Shown: positions 48,550 to 58,523 of the stretch, piece by piece
Position numbering within the stretch: the first letter of the stretch is position 1
Layout: every line of letters starts with the position of its first letter
Source of the DNA: a virus
IMG/VR virus record: IMGVR_UViG_3300034045_000019
DNA: 64,000 nt
Strand: one strand, 5' to 3'
Made by a program: the position numbers and the translations under genes
Notes under the pieces: generated by a model
Told to the model about the DNA's origin: nothing
What the model saw: only the letters and a program-made list of their open reading frames with translations
The model's database searches: none

Positions 48550-49053
48550 ATGACAGTATTTGCAAATAGCATATTTAATATACCAGTTAACACAATTAAT
48601 ATTAGCGGTAACGCGTTTAATGTAACAAGTGGAGCAAATATTATTAATAAAATGTCATTGTGTAATGTCAATATTGATTTTAAAGAGTATCAACGATTGA
48701 GTGTCGTGATACCAGAAAATGCTACAAATTTTGTGCTAACTTTTCCAGTATTTACTAATGGTACCACATTCATTTCAATTGTGCCAGATTACCCAAGTAA
48801 AGCGATAGCTGATGAATTAAATTATTTAGAATGGAAATTTGTAACTAGCAATGACCCAATGCAAGTAATGTCAGAATTTTTAGCATTAACTACCAATTCA
48901 TTAAATCCCTTTAGTGATATTTTAATAAACAACCCGAGTGATTGCAAGGTTAGAATTGAAGTATTAGTAAGTGGTATTCCACACACTGGTAATGGTACAC
49001 CTAATGTTGTATTATTTAGCGGGTTAAACAATAATAATTTACAAACATCATAA
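48550..49053 (+). CDS. Hypothetical structural protein
   Basis: 167 aa, beta-rich. Confidence 0.7.
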   Translation: MTVFANSIFNIPVNTINISGNAFNVTSGANIINKMSLCNVNIDFKEYQRLSVVIPENATNFVLTFPVFTNGTTFISIVPDYPSKAIADELNYLEWKFVTSNDPMQVMSEFLALTTNSLNPFSDILINNPSDCKVRIEVLVSGIPHTGNGTPNVVLFSGLNNNNLQTS

Positions 49054-49056
49054 AAT

Positions 49057-50736
49057 ATGTCAGAATTTTTAAATATACTAGATAATAACAATAATATTAA
49101 GCACACTATTAAATTGGAAGATATTATTGATCGTGTTAATATTTCTAGCACGTTGCGAATTGTTATAGTATTAGCAGACAATAAAACAGTTATTTTAGAA
49201 TTTAATAATTCAACAGAATTTGACAACGCAGTGTTATCACTGAATTGGCTAATGTCAGATTATCAAAATAGATCATTGCCTGACCCAGCTGCACTAACTG
49301 TTATATCTGGACCAGCACAAGTACATGTTAATAATACATATCTTGCCACATTAAATGTCGGTGACTTATTTAATTTTAATATCATAAATAATAACAATGA
49401 TACCGTTGGTAGTATAGACATTAATGATAATACAAAATATATTATTGGCGATTCTATTATAACTATAAACAATTTACCATTCACTAATGTATTTGCTGAA
49501 TCATCTGCAAATATTAATATCGTAAATAATAACAATGATACTGTTGGTGGTATAGATACTAATGATAATACAAAATATATTATTGGTGATTCTACTATAA
49601 CTGTAAACAATTTACCATTTACAAATGTATTTGCTGAATCATCTGCAAATATTAATATTATTAATTCATTAAATAATAATGTTGGAAATATTATAAATAA
49701 TAATATTGTTATATCTGATAGTATTATAAACTTCAATAATAATCCGTTCATTTCAGTGCCAGCAGAAGAGACAAAAACTTTATCAGTTATAAATACGTCT
49801 AATGATAGCATTGGTGCAAGCACACTCAACCCAAACGAAATTTTAGTTGGCGATTCTGATGTATATATAAACGGTAATCTATTTACAAGTGTTTCAGCTG
49901 AAAGTAGTATTAACATATCAGTACAAAATAGCACTTCACAAGAAGTTGGCAGCAAAGTTGGAAATACTTTTGTTGTTCCAAGCACAACTAAAACTATGGG
50001 GTATAATCGTCCATTAAATATGTATAATGTAAGTTATACAGTTGGTGATGAGGGTTGGTACAATGCACAAAACGCAGACCCGTACGTGTTTGATTATAAT
50101 TTAGAAGAAATGCCAGCATTAGACCCTACAAATTGGTTTAAATTGGCACACAACAATTCATTTGGTAACAAATATAGATGGACGAGTAGAAATGGTGGTT
50201 ATTACGACCACACCGATTTCGCATATAAAGATGTAAATGGAAATGCGACGACATGGGAGGCAGAATTTCAAGAAAATTTAACAAATATATTTGGCGGAAT
50301 CGGTGGAACTGGTGGGTATGTTGTAGATAATTATACAGGTCTTGGTTTTTTTACAAAAAATTTAGGAAACCTTGGTGTATTTAGTAATTTTATATCAACT
50401 ACATTAGTAAATTATAATTCTGATACTACAAATCAATTTTTTAATTATACAGATTGGAAATTGCCTAGTTTATCAGAAGCATTATCAATACGTGATACAT
50501 CTGTGAGCGGTGCAAGAGTGTCAAAAAGTATATTTGGTGGTGTTATAGATAGCCCATATTTTGATTTACGCTTCGACGCCGCTACAATTACACCTTATAT
50601 ATATCTACAAACAGATAAAAATGTAAAAATACTAAGTGCAAATTTTTTAACTGCGTCATACACACGGGGCAACAACTCAACTGAGCAGATAACTTTAGTT
50701 AGATACCATTTTGGCAAAAACTCAATACTATTATAA
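49057..50736 (+). CDS. Putative tail fibre/adhesin with ~46-aa repeats and a C-terminal DUF1566 (Lcl)-like domain
   Basis: Tandem repeats; YTDWKLPSLSEALSI motif. Confidence 0.65.
   Translation: MSEFLNILDNNNNIKHTIKLEDIIDRVNISSTLRIVIVLADNKTVILEFNNSTEFDNAVLSLNWLMSDYQNRSLPDPAALTVISGPAQVHVNNTYLATLNVGDLFNFNIINNNNDTVGSIDINDNTKYIIGDSIITINNLPFTNVFAESSANINIVNNNNDTVGGIDTNDNTKYIIGDSTITVNNLPFTNVFAESSANINIINSLNNNVGNIINNNIVISDSIINFNNNPFISVPAEETKTLSVINTSNDSIGASTLNPNEILVGDSDVYINGNLFTSVSAESSINISVQNSTSQEVGSKVGNTFVVPSTTKTMGYNRPLNMYNVSYTVGDEGWYNAQNADPYVFDYNLEEMPALDPTNWFKLAHNNSFGNKYRWTSRNGGYYDHTDFAYKDVNGNATTWEAEFQENLTNIFGGIGGTGGYVVDNYTGLGFFTKNLGNLGVFSNFISTTLVNYNSDTTNQFFNYTDWKLPSLSEALSIRDTSVSGARVSKSIFGGVIDSPYFDLRFDAATITPYIYLQTDKNVKILSANFLTASYTRGNNSTEQITLVRYHFGKNSILL
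49378..49653 (+). repeat. Tandem 138-bp coding direct repeat (two near-identical copies, degenerate copies to ~49980)
   Basis: GCTGAATCATCTGCAAATATTAATAT at 49495 and 49633 (period 138 nt). Confidence 0.9.
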
Positions 50737-50753
50737 AAATAAATAAATAAATT

Positions 50754-51014
50754 ATGAAATTAACATATCCAGGATTAATAACTATAGAACCAGAGTTAAC
50801 ATTAAATAATGTTAATGCAGAAATCGTTAGTTATTTATATTATTTTAAAACCAATACATTTTTAATTACTATAGAATTTAGAGAAGGTAATGGACATTAT
50901 GTGCATTCACGTAGTTTTGAAGGGGCACAAGCATCTTCTACAGTATTTAATATGGATGATGTTTTAGCATTTATAAAACAACATCCGGTGTTAAGTCAAT
51001 TCACTATTGTGTAA
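50754..51014 (+). CDS. Small hypothetical protein (possible fibre partner)
   Basis: 86-aa ORF after the adhesin. Confidence 0.65.
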   Translation: MKLTYPGLITIEPELTLNNVNAEIVSYLYYFKTNTFLITIEFREGNGHYVHSRSFEGAQASSTVFNMDDVLAFIKQHPVLSQFTIV

Positions 51015-52677
51015 TTGTTTTAACATCTAAATTAGAATAAATTGTTTTTTCTACTGTTATAATTTTATCAAAATACCAATGTTTTAATTCAGAATGATGC
51101 ACGAGAAAAATATTTATTTTTCGTTCATTCGCAAATTTTTTAAACAGTTTTAATATATCTTCAATACTAGCTATATCTATTGATGAAAATACTTCATCAA
51201 GAAACAGCACATTAATATTACGCGACATCCTTAACATTTTTATATATGCTAGCATAATAATTAAATTTATTTTTTTTGCTTCGCCTGTGCTTAAAGTTTC
51301 GACATTGATCTCTTCGTTAAACTCATATATATGAGCGTCAAAATTACTATCTAATTCGACGATAAAGCCTAAGTTTAATTCAGCTAAATCTTTTTCTATA
51401 AAGGCGTTTATAGGGTCGACAATTGATTCTATTATATTTTGTTTAATTCCATTATCTGACCAAATTGGTAATAAAATTTCATATGCTATTTTTAGCTGTT
51501 CTACTTCTTGATATGTGTTTTCTGTTTTATTTCGTTTAATGACTAATTTTTTTACATTTTCTTTAAAAGCATTTATATCGACCCCGTCTTCTTTTTTTGA
51601 TAATAATTTAAGTTCAGATTTTAATGAAATAACATTATTTAATATATTTTGGATATTCGTATTTGTCGCATTAAAATTAGTTTTATATTTTTTTAATTCA
51701 ATTCTTGCTGCATTTAATTTATTTTCAATATTACTTCGCACGTCTTTAACTTTTTTTAATTCTATTTCCAGTCCTGGCAATATTTCCAAATCGTGGGTTA
51801 AATCGGTATGACATGTTGGACATTTTCCACCTTTATATAAATCAATTTTTTCTTTAATATCATTTATGTCTCGGATAATATTATTATTTTTTAAATTCAA
51901 TTTGGAAATACCAGATTCAAATATATTTATATCCTCTTCAATATCTGCACGTTTTGCTTCTAATGTTAATACTTGTTTTTTATGTGTTTTTAATATTTGT
52001 GTAATTTCTGAAATACGTGCTTTTTTATTACTGTTTTTATTTTCAACAACTTTTTTAATTGTGTTATTTAGATCATTTATATTATTATTATATAATTTAA
52101 TTTCATTTTGTAATGAATTAAACTTTATTTTATTTTCTTTATGTAACTCTTTTAAAATTTTATTTAACGAGTTTATTTTATCTAAATTAAATAATTTATC
52201 TAATAACAACCGTTTTTCTTCAGGTGTAAGTGAAATAAAATTTTTAAAATTATTTACATTCATCGATATAAATGACTTAAACGTTTTAAAATCAAACCCG
52301 ATTTTTTCTATTATTTTTTGATCTAGTTTTCCAGCTTTATCATATGGAATTCCGTCAATAACTAATGTTGTTTTAACCGGTGCGTTTTTATTCGACATTG
52401 TACGTGTTACATGTATATTTGAATCAGTTTCAAACTCAACACCAACTTCTAAATCACTTGCATTTCTACGATTGACAAAATTCGATTTTGGTAAACGTTT
52501 TCCTTGTTTATTCAATTCTTCATTAAATAGCGCCAAATCTAAACTTGATAATAACGATGATTTGCCACTACCATTTTCACCTGATAATAATATCAATTGC
52601 CCTTCTGTTAAATCTATAGTATGTTTAATATTTCCATATGATTTATAATTTTTAAACCACCATTTTTTTATAATCAT
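51004..52677 (-). CDS. SbcC/Rad50-like recombination exonuclease ATPase subunit (T4 gp46-like)
   Basis: GENGSGKS, CPTC zinc hook, LSTGE signature, FLDEVFSSID, LVHH. Confidence 0.93.
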   Translation of the reverse strand: MIIKKWWFKNYKSYGNIKHTIDLTEGQLILLSGENGSGKSSLLSSLDLALFNEELNKQGKRLPKSNFVNRRNASDLEVGVEFETDSNIHVTRTMSNKNAPVKTTLVIDGIPYDKAGKLDQKIIEKIGFDFKTFKSFISMNVNNFKNFISLTPEEKRLLLDKLFNLDKINSLNKILKELHKENKIKFNSLQNEIKLYNNNINDLNNTIKKVVENKNSNKKARISEITQILKTHKKQVLTLEAKRADIEEDINIFESGISKLNLKNNNIIRDINDIKEKIDLYKGGKCPTCHTDLTHDLEILPGLEIELKKVKDVRSNIENKLNAARIELKKYKTNFNATNTNIQNILNNVISLKSELKLLSKKEDGVDINAFKENVKKLVIKRNKTENTYQEVEQLKIAYEILLPIWSDNGIKQNIIESIVDPINAFIEKDLAELNLGFIVELDSNFDAHIYEFNEEINVETLSTGEAKKINLIIMLAYIKMLRMSRNINVLFLDEVFSSIDIASIEDILKLFKKFANERKINIFLVHHSELKHWYFDKIITVEKTIYSNLDVKTITQ

Positions 52678-52928
52678 AATTTTAATAATTTATCTAATGT
52701 GTACTTATTTATAATAGCATTATATATAGTTGAATACTCGTGTTCGTACTTTACTAAATCGTCATCACTTAAAACTAATTTAATATCATTATTTAATATA
52801 ACTGCACCAATTTCAAATTTATATTTATTTGTAATATCAATTATATTAAATATTATTGTTGTACCATACACAACATCATTAATTTTTGCTTTCCCCAAAA
52901 TTTCTACTAAATCTACGTCTAATTCCAT
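52674..52928 (-). CDS. Hypothetical protein
   Basis: 84-aa ORF coupled to the gp46-like gene. Confidence 0.7.
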   Translation of the reverse strand: MELDVDLVEILGKAKINDVVYGTTIIFNIIDITNKYKFEIGAVILNNDIKLVLSDDDLVKYEHEYSTIYNAIINKYTLDKLLKL

Positions 52929-52932
52929 ACAT

Positions 52933-52960
52933 GTTATATGACAATTTATTTATTTTGTTT
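52933..52960 (-). promoter_or_regulatory. Putative phage middle promoter AAAC-N18-TATAAC
   Basis: Upstream of the 84-aa/gp46 operon; back-to-back with AATATATAA at 52961-52969 (+). Confidence 0.45.
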
Positions 52961-52974
52961 AATATATAAATTAT

Positions 52975-53280
52975 ATGAAAACAATGTTTAAAAAATTACT
53001 ACACACAATTTCGTTATCTGTATTATCAGACAACACACATTCGTCTGCAAGAATACAAGCGTATATAATATTATTGCCAGTATTATTAATGTCACTAATG
53101 TTTATAGTAATTGAAGTAACTCGTATTGTTTATTGTTTTATGCACGATGGTGTTAAATACGAAATTAGTTCAGAAATTATAATTATATACGGTATGTTAT
53201 TGTCGCATCATTTAGCGTTGTTGTTTTCAAGAAGATCTAATAATGATAAAAATAGTAATACAAATATTATTAAACAATAA
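52975..53280 (+). CDS. Two-TM membrane protein (holin-like)
   Basis: Two hydrophobic helices, charged C-tail, late motif upstream. Confidence 0.55.
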   Translation: MKTMFKKLLHTISLSVLSDNTHSSARIQAYIILLPVLLMSLMFIVIEVTRIVYCFMHDGVKYEISSEIIIIYGMLLSHHLALLFSRRSNNDKNSNTNIIKQ

Positions 53281-53325
53281 TTATATTATTAAATAATTAT
53301 AAACTATATTTATATAAAAATAAAT

Positions 53326-53730
53326 ATGAGTTTTAAAAAAATAGCAAAAAGTATTATAGGCGACACATTAACAGATGCCGCATCTAAAATTAATATTGAT
53401 TCTGCAAAAAAAATAATAGATAAAAAAATAGATTCAATAACAAATAATATTAATACATTTATTAATGCAACAGACAAATCACAATATATCACTGAGAAAG
53501 ACGATAAACAATATAAAATGTCTATTAATGTTGCTGGTGTTTCAAAAAAAAATATTAAGGTAACAAAGCTTGAAAACCTGTTAAATATTGTTGCGGCTAA
53601 TGGCAATTTTAAATATAATTACTCTATAAATATTGATAACGATAAAATTAAATCAATAGAGATAAAACATGGTATTCTTAATGCTACCATGATAATTCGT
53701 GATAAAGTAGAAAATATTGATATAAAATAA
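53326..53730 (+). CDS. Small heat-shock protein (Hsp20/alpha-crystallin)
   Basis: YKMSINVAGVSKKNIKV...IKHGILNATM. Confidence 0.75.
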   Translation: MSFKKIAKSIIGDTLTDAASKINIDSAKKIIDKKIDSITNNINTFINATDKSQYITEKDDKQYKMSINVAGVSKKNIKVTKLENLLNIVAANGNFKYNYSINIDNDKIKSIEIKHGILNATMIIRDKVENIDIK

Positions 53731-53731
53731 T

Positions 53732-53758
53732 AAACATTATAAATATTTCTGGTATAAA
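53732..53758 (+). promoter_or_regulatory. Putative phage middle promoter AAAC-N17-TATAAA
   Basis: Upstream of ATG 53764. Confidence 0.5.
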
Positions 53759-53763
53759 CTAGT

Positions 53764-54096
53764 ATGTATTACATTTATTTAATATATGCTAAAACTGACG
53801 GTATAATACAATGGAAAGTGGGTATATCAATACACCCTGACCAACGTATTAAAGAGTTAAAAACAGCGAATCCGAATATTGTTGGGATTTGCGCGTTGTA
53901 TCAAATTTCAAACCGGCAAATAGCGTATAAAACGGAAATGCTTTTAAAACGAGCATTAAAACCGTTTAAAATAGATGGGGAGTGGGTTGAAGATATTGCG
54001 CTAAATCAATCATTATTTTTTGAATATTGCGATAAATATTTTGAAATAGCTAAATCCATAGTACAAGTAAATTCTAATTTAAACTATGACAATTAA
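53764..54096 (+). CDS. GIY-YIG / T5orf172-like nuclease
   Basis: YYIYLI..WKVGISIHPDQRIKELKTANP..E..L...GEW. Confidence 0.8.
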   Translation: MYYIYLIYAKTDGIIQWKVGISIHPDQRIKELKTANPNIVGICALYQISNRQIAYKTEMLLKRALKPFKIDGEWVEDIALNQSLFFEYCDKYFEIAKSIVQVNSNLNYDN

Positions 54097-54580
54097 AATA
54101 AAACCATCAGAATTAATAACACGTTTTTTATGGGATAAATATAAATATTTCTGCTTAGATACTAAATCAACCGCAGAAATAAATGATATTTTAGAAAAAG
54201 ACGAAGAATTTGAAATAAGCGAAGAAGACGCGTTTGTTATCAATTTGACAAATGTGATTTACACAACTGAGTTATTATACAAATTTAAACAATTTATATT
54301 AAGTATATTAACTAATAAAAGTTTTGAGCACAATGACACAGACGGAAAAAAACGTGTTTATATTAATAAACACATTTTATTGCAATCACCAGATGTTTTT
54401 GTAAACAAATTTCCCAAAAATTGGAAATCCGACGATATAGTATTTAATATTGAATTAGAACGTTTGATACCAGTATATACTGATTTTATAAATAAAATAA
54501 ACGAACTCGATTTTATAACAGTACAAGATTGGCCATGCGTGAAAATTGCACAAGTGAAAAAAGTACTCAAAAAACTTTAA
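54086..54580 (+). CDS. Hypothetical protein
   Basis: 164-aa ORF. Confidence 0.8.
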   Translation: MTIKIKPSELITRFLWDKYKYFCLDTKSTAEINDILEKDEEFEISEEDAFVINLTNVIYTTELLYKFKQFILSILTNKSFEHNDTDGKKRVYINKHILLQSPDVFVNKFPKNWKSDDIVFNIELERLIPVYTDFINKINELDFITVQDWPCVKIAQVKKVLKKL

Positions 54581-54616
54581 TTAGTATAACTAGGTTATAG
54601 CATGAATATTAATTTA

Positions 54617-54880
54617 TTAAAATTTAATAACATCAACTTTTAATAAATTAATATTCGCATTTGCTAAAATTAAATCTCGCATCTTATTTATCAATATTTC
54701 TTGTGTTTTGATGTCGGCTACAGGCGGGTAGATATATTTGTAACTTTTGCGATATTTGTATTCTATACAAAAATATGGTGTATTGTCAGCCGCACGTGAC
54801 ACCGCTGTTATTCCTGCAATATCGTCAATTGATATTATATTACCGTCAAAAAGTTCGACCATTTGTTTTTTTTCTTTCAT
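54617..54880 (-). CDS. Hypothetical protein
   Basis: 87-aa ORF. Confidence 0.65.
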   Translation of the reverse strand: MKEKKQMVELFDGNIISIDDIAGITAVSRAADNTPYFCIEYKYRKSYKYIYPPVADIKTQEILINKMRDLILANANINLLKVDVIKF

Positions 54881-54949
54881 ATTGTTTTTTGTTTAATTTA
54901 ATATCAGTATGCTTGTTACAACTAAATATTAATTATAAACATAATATTA

Positions 54950-55423
54950 TTAATTATTATGATATGTTGATTTTAACTTTATTTTACATCTATTTATTCG
55001 TGTTTTAACAGTGTTAATATTTAAGCACAATTCTTTTGATATTTCAGATAAACTATACCCAGTCAATTGTAACTCAAATGGTTTTAAATACTTTTTATCA
55101 ATTGATTTAATAGAATTTAATAGTTTATCATCTAATTCTATACTATTATATCCACATAAATTTATAATTGCAGTATTTGTTATATTTAGTTCGCCCGAAT
55201 ATATTACTTGTTTATTTCTATCTCTAAAATATTTAAGAATAAAAAACCTACATGCATTAAACATATACCCTTTTAAATTTGTTATTTTCTTATTCTCAAA
55301 ATTTATATAAATATAAAGCAATGTATCTTGTAAAATATCTTTATAATCATCTGTTTTTATTTTTTGTTTTATATATCGTGTTAAATCCGGTATGTATTGT
55401 AAGCAATCTTTATATTTATACAT
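54950..55423 (-). CDS. ECF-type sigma factor
   Basis: DILQDTLL, NLKGYMFNACR, YSLSEISKELCLNINTVKTRINRCK. Confidence 0.85.
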   Translation of the reverse strand: MYKYKDCLQYIPDLTRYIKQKIKTDDYKDILQDTLLYIYINFENKKITNLKGYMFNACRFFILKYFRDRNKQVIYSGELNITNTAIINLCGYNSIELDDKLLNSIKSIDKKYLKPFELQLTGYSLSEISKELCLNINTVKTRINRCKIKLKSTYHNN

Positions 55424-55457
55424 TTGTATTTTTTATTTGCTTAAATATTAGTCATTA

Positions 55458-56297
55458 TTATATTAAATCTGTAAAATACTCTTTATTTTCTTTTAAAATT
55501 TCTGTGCCTTTTTTAATTAATTGTAATACTCTACCAGCAGTCAATCCTAAATCGTTAGCTATAGTATCAACACTTATTGGAAACTCAGATGTAAACCCGA
55601 AATGCCTAGACATAATATAATATAGTCTTTCATCTTTTATTACTTTTTTAAGCTGCTCTAATATTACTGTGTTACGCTCAGAATTATTTATATTTCTATC
55701 ACTATTATCATAATCGTCTGATATATAATTAATTACACCAAATTCGTCGTTATCATCATTTACTGATGCAAGTGACCCAAATTGTTTTGACGCGTTTATT
55801 AATAACTGGTATGAGTTTAAATCCATTTGGATATGATAATATGACTTACGTCTGTTGTATTCTTCTAATAATTCAACAGATGTTAATTGTTCGCCGCGTA
55901 ATTCTGATTCTTTTTTTATTTGTTCAATTAATTTTAAACTTGCTTCTTGGTTACGTGGTAATTTTATATGCTTATGTTTTAAACGTATGTATGCTAACAT
56001 TTCATGTTTGATCCAATCTGTTGCATAAGTTATAAAACTAGCATCACTATTATAATCATACCTTTCAACAGCAGAAATTAAACCTATGTTACCACAACTA
56101 ATTAAATCATTTATTGGATAACCTGGAAATTTTTTAGCATAGCTATACACATAGCGTAAATTGCATTCTACTATTTTATCACGGTCTTTAATTGATTTTG
56201 TTTTATTATACTTTTTAAACATCTCTGTTAATCGTTGTTGTGTAACAACGTCTGATGCTTTTTTATTTAACTCTTTGTAATAAATTTTTTCGTGCAT
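55458..56297 (-). CDS. RNA polymerase sigma-70 factor, RpoD-like
   Basis: IVECNLRYVYSYAKKF, DLISCGNIGLISAVERYD, FITYATDWI, LTAGRVLQL HTH. Confidence 0.92.
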   Translation of the reverse strand: MHEKIYYKELNKKASDVVTQQRLTEMFKKYNKTKSIKDRDKIVECNLRYVYSYAKKFPGYPINDLISCGNIGLISAVERYDYNSDASFITYATDWIKHEMLAYIRLKHKHIKLPRNQEASLKLIEQIKKESELRGEQLTSVELLEEYNRRKSYYHIQMDLNSYQLLINASKQFGSLASVNDDNDEFGVINYISDDYDNSDRNINNSERNTVILEQLKKVIKDERLYYIMSRHFGFTSEFPISVDTIANDLGLTAGRVLQLIKKGTEILKENKEYFTDLI

Positions 56298-56315
56298 ATA
56301 ATATAATTTTTTTTA

Positions 56316-56323
56316 CAAATATA
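56316..56323 (-). promoter_or_regulatory. Bacteroidota sigma-A type -7 element (TATATTTG)
   Basis: 19 nt upstream of the sigma-70 start at 56297. Confidence 0.5.
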
Positions 56324-56352
56324 AATAAAAAATATGTTATAAAAAAATGTTA

Positions 56353-57033
56353 TTATAAAAAAGTTTGATTTTTCCAAAATGTTTTAAACTCTTCTGGTAT
56401 AGATTTAATGTCTTCAACATGTTTTATTCTAACAATACCATCTCTACAATGCTCACGAATTATCACATCATAAATATATTCTTCGTTTTCTGTTGTATCA
56501 ACATACCCACGAACTTTAGTCATTTTATTTAAAATTTGTCCATAATGATTTCGTCGGATAACATCTTCTATTTTTAATGTTTGAAAATTAAATGGTTTCA
56601 TTAATGTTGTATATGTTATTTCAACTAAATATCGTTTATGTTTATCTGTTATAATAACTTCAGGTTTTTTATAAATATTATTGATTGGGGTTTCTACCTC
56701 ATCTACATTTACAGGTGTTGGTTTTTCACTGTTATTAATTTCATTAAATTCATTAACTGTTTGTTCAGTTGTATTTAGTTCTTTTAATTTATCAAGCACT
56801 TCTGTAAAATTTTCACTAACAAATGGTTCGTTTTCATCTATTATTACTGCATCAATTGTTGCATCAATATTATTTTCTTTTAATAAATTGTTAATGCCTG
56901 ATTTAACTTTTTCGTCAAACCGTTTAGTTAATATTTTTTCAAACTTTAATATACGTTTAAAATCAATCTCTTTCCATAATACTTGTGATTTAAAAGATCT
57001 ATAAAGTTCTTCTGCTATTTGTCTATTTGTCAT
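56353..57033 (-). CDS. Hypothetical protein
   Basis: 226-aa ORF. Confidence 0.75.
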   Translation of the reverse strand: MTNRQIAEELYRSFKSQVLWKEIDFKRILKFEKILTKRFDEKVKSGINNLLKENNIDATIDAVIIDENEPFVSENFTEVLDKLKELNTTEQTVNEFNEINNSEKPTPVNVDEVETPINNIYKKPEVIITDKHKRYLVEITYTTLMKPFNFQTLKIEDVIRRNHYGQILNKMTKVRGYVDTTENEEYIYDVIIREHCRDGIVRIKHVEDIKSIPEEFKTFWKNQTFL

Positions 57034-57266
57034 AATTGGGTTAATGTGTTATATATTGGAGACAAAAATTCTTTTAATACAAATGCGATATATGCGCCAA
57101 TTATATCAGGTCTAATTAAAAATAATAAAGACACTAATACAATAACAAACATTTTTAAATACTTAATCCAACGGTTTATTCTTTCTTTACGTTTAATATA
57201 TTTAATTTGCTTTAATTTTGCAGCGTTTGTTATATCACTTAATAATTTTTCGGTCTCTTGTAACAT
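57030..57266 (-). CDS. Small membrane protein
   Basis: 78 aa with a C-terminal hydrophobic segment. Confidence 0.65.
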   Translation of the reverse strand: MLQETEKLLSDITNAAKLKQIKYIKRKERINRWIKYLKMFVIVLVSLLFLIRPDIIGAYIAFVLKEFLSPIYNTLTQL

Positions 57267-57298
57267 ATAAGTAATACAATTAATTATTTAATTGTTTA

Positions 57299-58030
57299 CT
57301 ATTTAATTAATCTAATTACAAAATCAATAACTTTATTTCGTTTTGGTCTAATAATTAATTCAACTTCACTAGCCCATTGAAACTGTTTAACCCACGTTTT
57401 AAAAATATTTAAAAATGAAATCGCCTCACCATTATGTAATGTGTTATTATCAATCCATACACCTAAATTTTTTGTTGATATAACAATGTCGTTATCAACA
57501 ATAACAGGGTCAAATATTTGACAATAACCAGGATTAAACATATATGCTAGTTGCTTAATTTTATATAATTTAATATGTCTCCTTGCATCAAAATCATTTA
57601 TAACTGGTTTAATGTATTTTAAAATTTCGTTATCCGGTAATTTTGTATTTATTGTAAAATCGAATTCACCGGTTTTATATAATTTTCTATTATCAGTTAT
57701 ACCATAACTCATAACCCATTTATTTTCTAACCAATCTAATTTTATATATAGTGCGATTAAACTATTTTCTATTATAGATTTATTATAATAGTGTAACAAT
57801 AATTGCATCGATGTATATTGCTCAAGTATCGATTTAACTTTAGTTAGTTTATTATATGGTACACGACACGTCCATATCTTATACGCGCTATTACGATTCG
57901 CTAAACCGCTATCATCTAATGCCCAATCTGCAAATTCCGAACACACTTTTAAAAATGTTGAAAAACTATTAATGCCTAACATTTTTGATTGTTGTGCCGT
58001 TGTATTATTTAACCAAGATGAAATTTGCAT
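57299..58030 (-). CDS. Hypothetical protein
   Basis: 243 aa; AATATATAA at 58044-58052 (minus strand). Confidence 0.75.
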   Translation of the reverse strand: MQISSWLNNTTAQQSKMLGINSFSTFLKVCSEFADWALDDSGLANRNSAYKIWTCRVPYNKLTKVKSILEQYTSMQLLLHYYNKSIIENSLIALYIKLDWLENKWVMSYGITDNRKLYKTGEFDFTINTKLPDNEILKYIKPVINDFDARRHIKLYKIKQLAYMFNPGYCQIFDPVIVDNDIVISTKNLGVWIDNNTLHNGEAISFLNIFKTWVKQFQWASEVELIIRPKRNKVIDFVIRLIK

Positions 58031-58043
58031 ATATTGTTTTTAT

Positions 58044-58523
58044 TTATATATTATTTTTTAAAATAATATCATATTTTCGAAAAAATAAAAAAGAAATAAA
58101 ATCAGTAAACATGCGTCTAAATATACTATCATTTTTATCCTTACGTTTTTTTAATCTAGCATACCTAGTAAATACAGACGATTTAATGTAACAAATTTTA
58201 ACACCATTTAATATAGTATCATCTAATTGCTTAATTTCTTTAGGTGTCATTATACAAATATCTTTTTTATTGTACTCTTTTTTTGATATACCGTAATACC
58301 ATACCTTATTTTTTATTATAAATTTTTCCCAAACTAAAAAATGTTTAGCCTTGATCATATTTTCAAAATTCTTATTATTTATAAAATAGTATGATTTACC
58401 GTCAACTTCGTCATCACGTTGTGGTCTAGTTGTTGTTTTTACACACGGTGTTATGATGTCACTACACAAATTTAATATATAGTCTTTGCCAGATGCACTT
58501 TTTCCTACTAGTATTATTTTCAT
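58044..58523 (-). CDS. gmk: Guanylate kinase-like protein
   Basis: GKSASGKD P-loop, TTRPQRDDEVDGKSYYFI, WYYG. Confidence 0.88.
   Translation of the reverse strand: MKIILVGKSASGKDYILNLCSDIITPCVKTTTRPQRDDEVDGKSYYFINNKNFENMIKAKHFLVWEKFIIKNKVWYYGISKKEYNKKDICIMTPKEIKQLDDTILNGVKICYIKSSVFTRYARLKKRKDKNDSIFRRMFTDFISFLFFRKYDIILKNNI

Noticed and set aside
49057-50736. Diversity-generating retroelement target (DUF1566-like tip)
   Set aside because: No reverse transcriptase and no template/variable repeat pair differing at adenines are visible in the window
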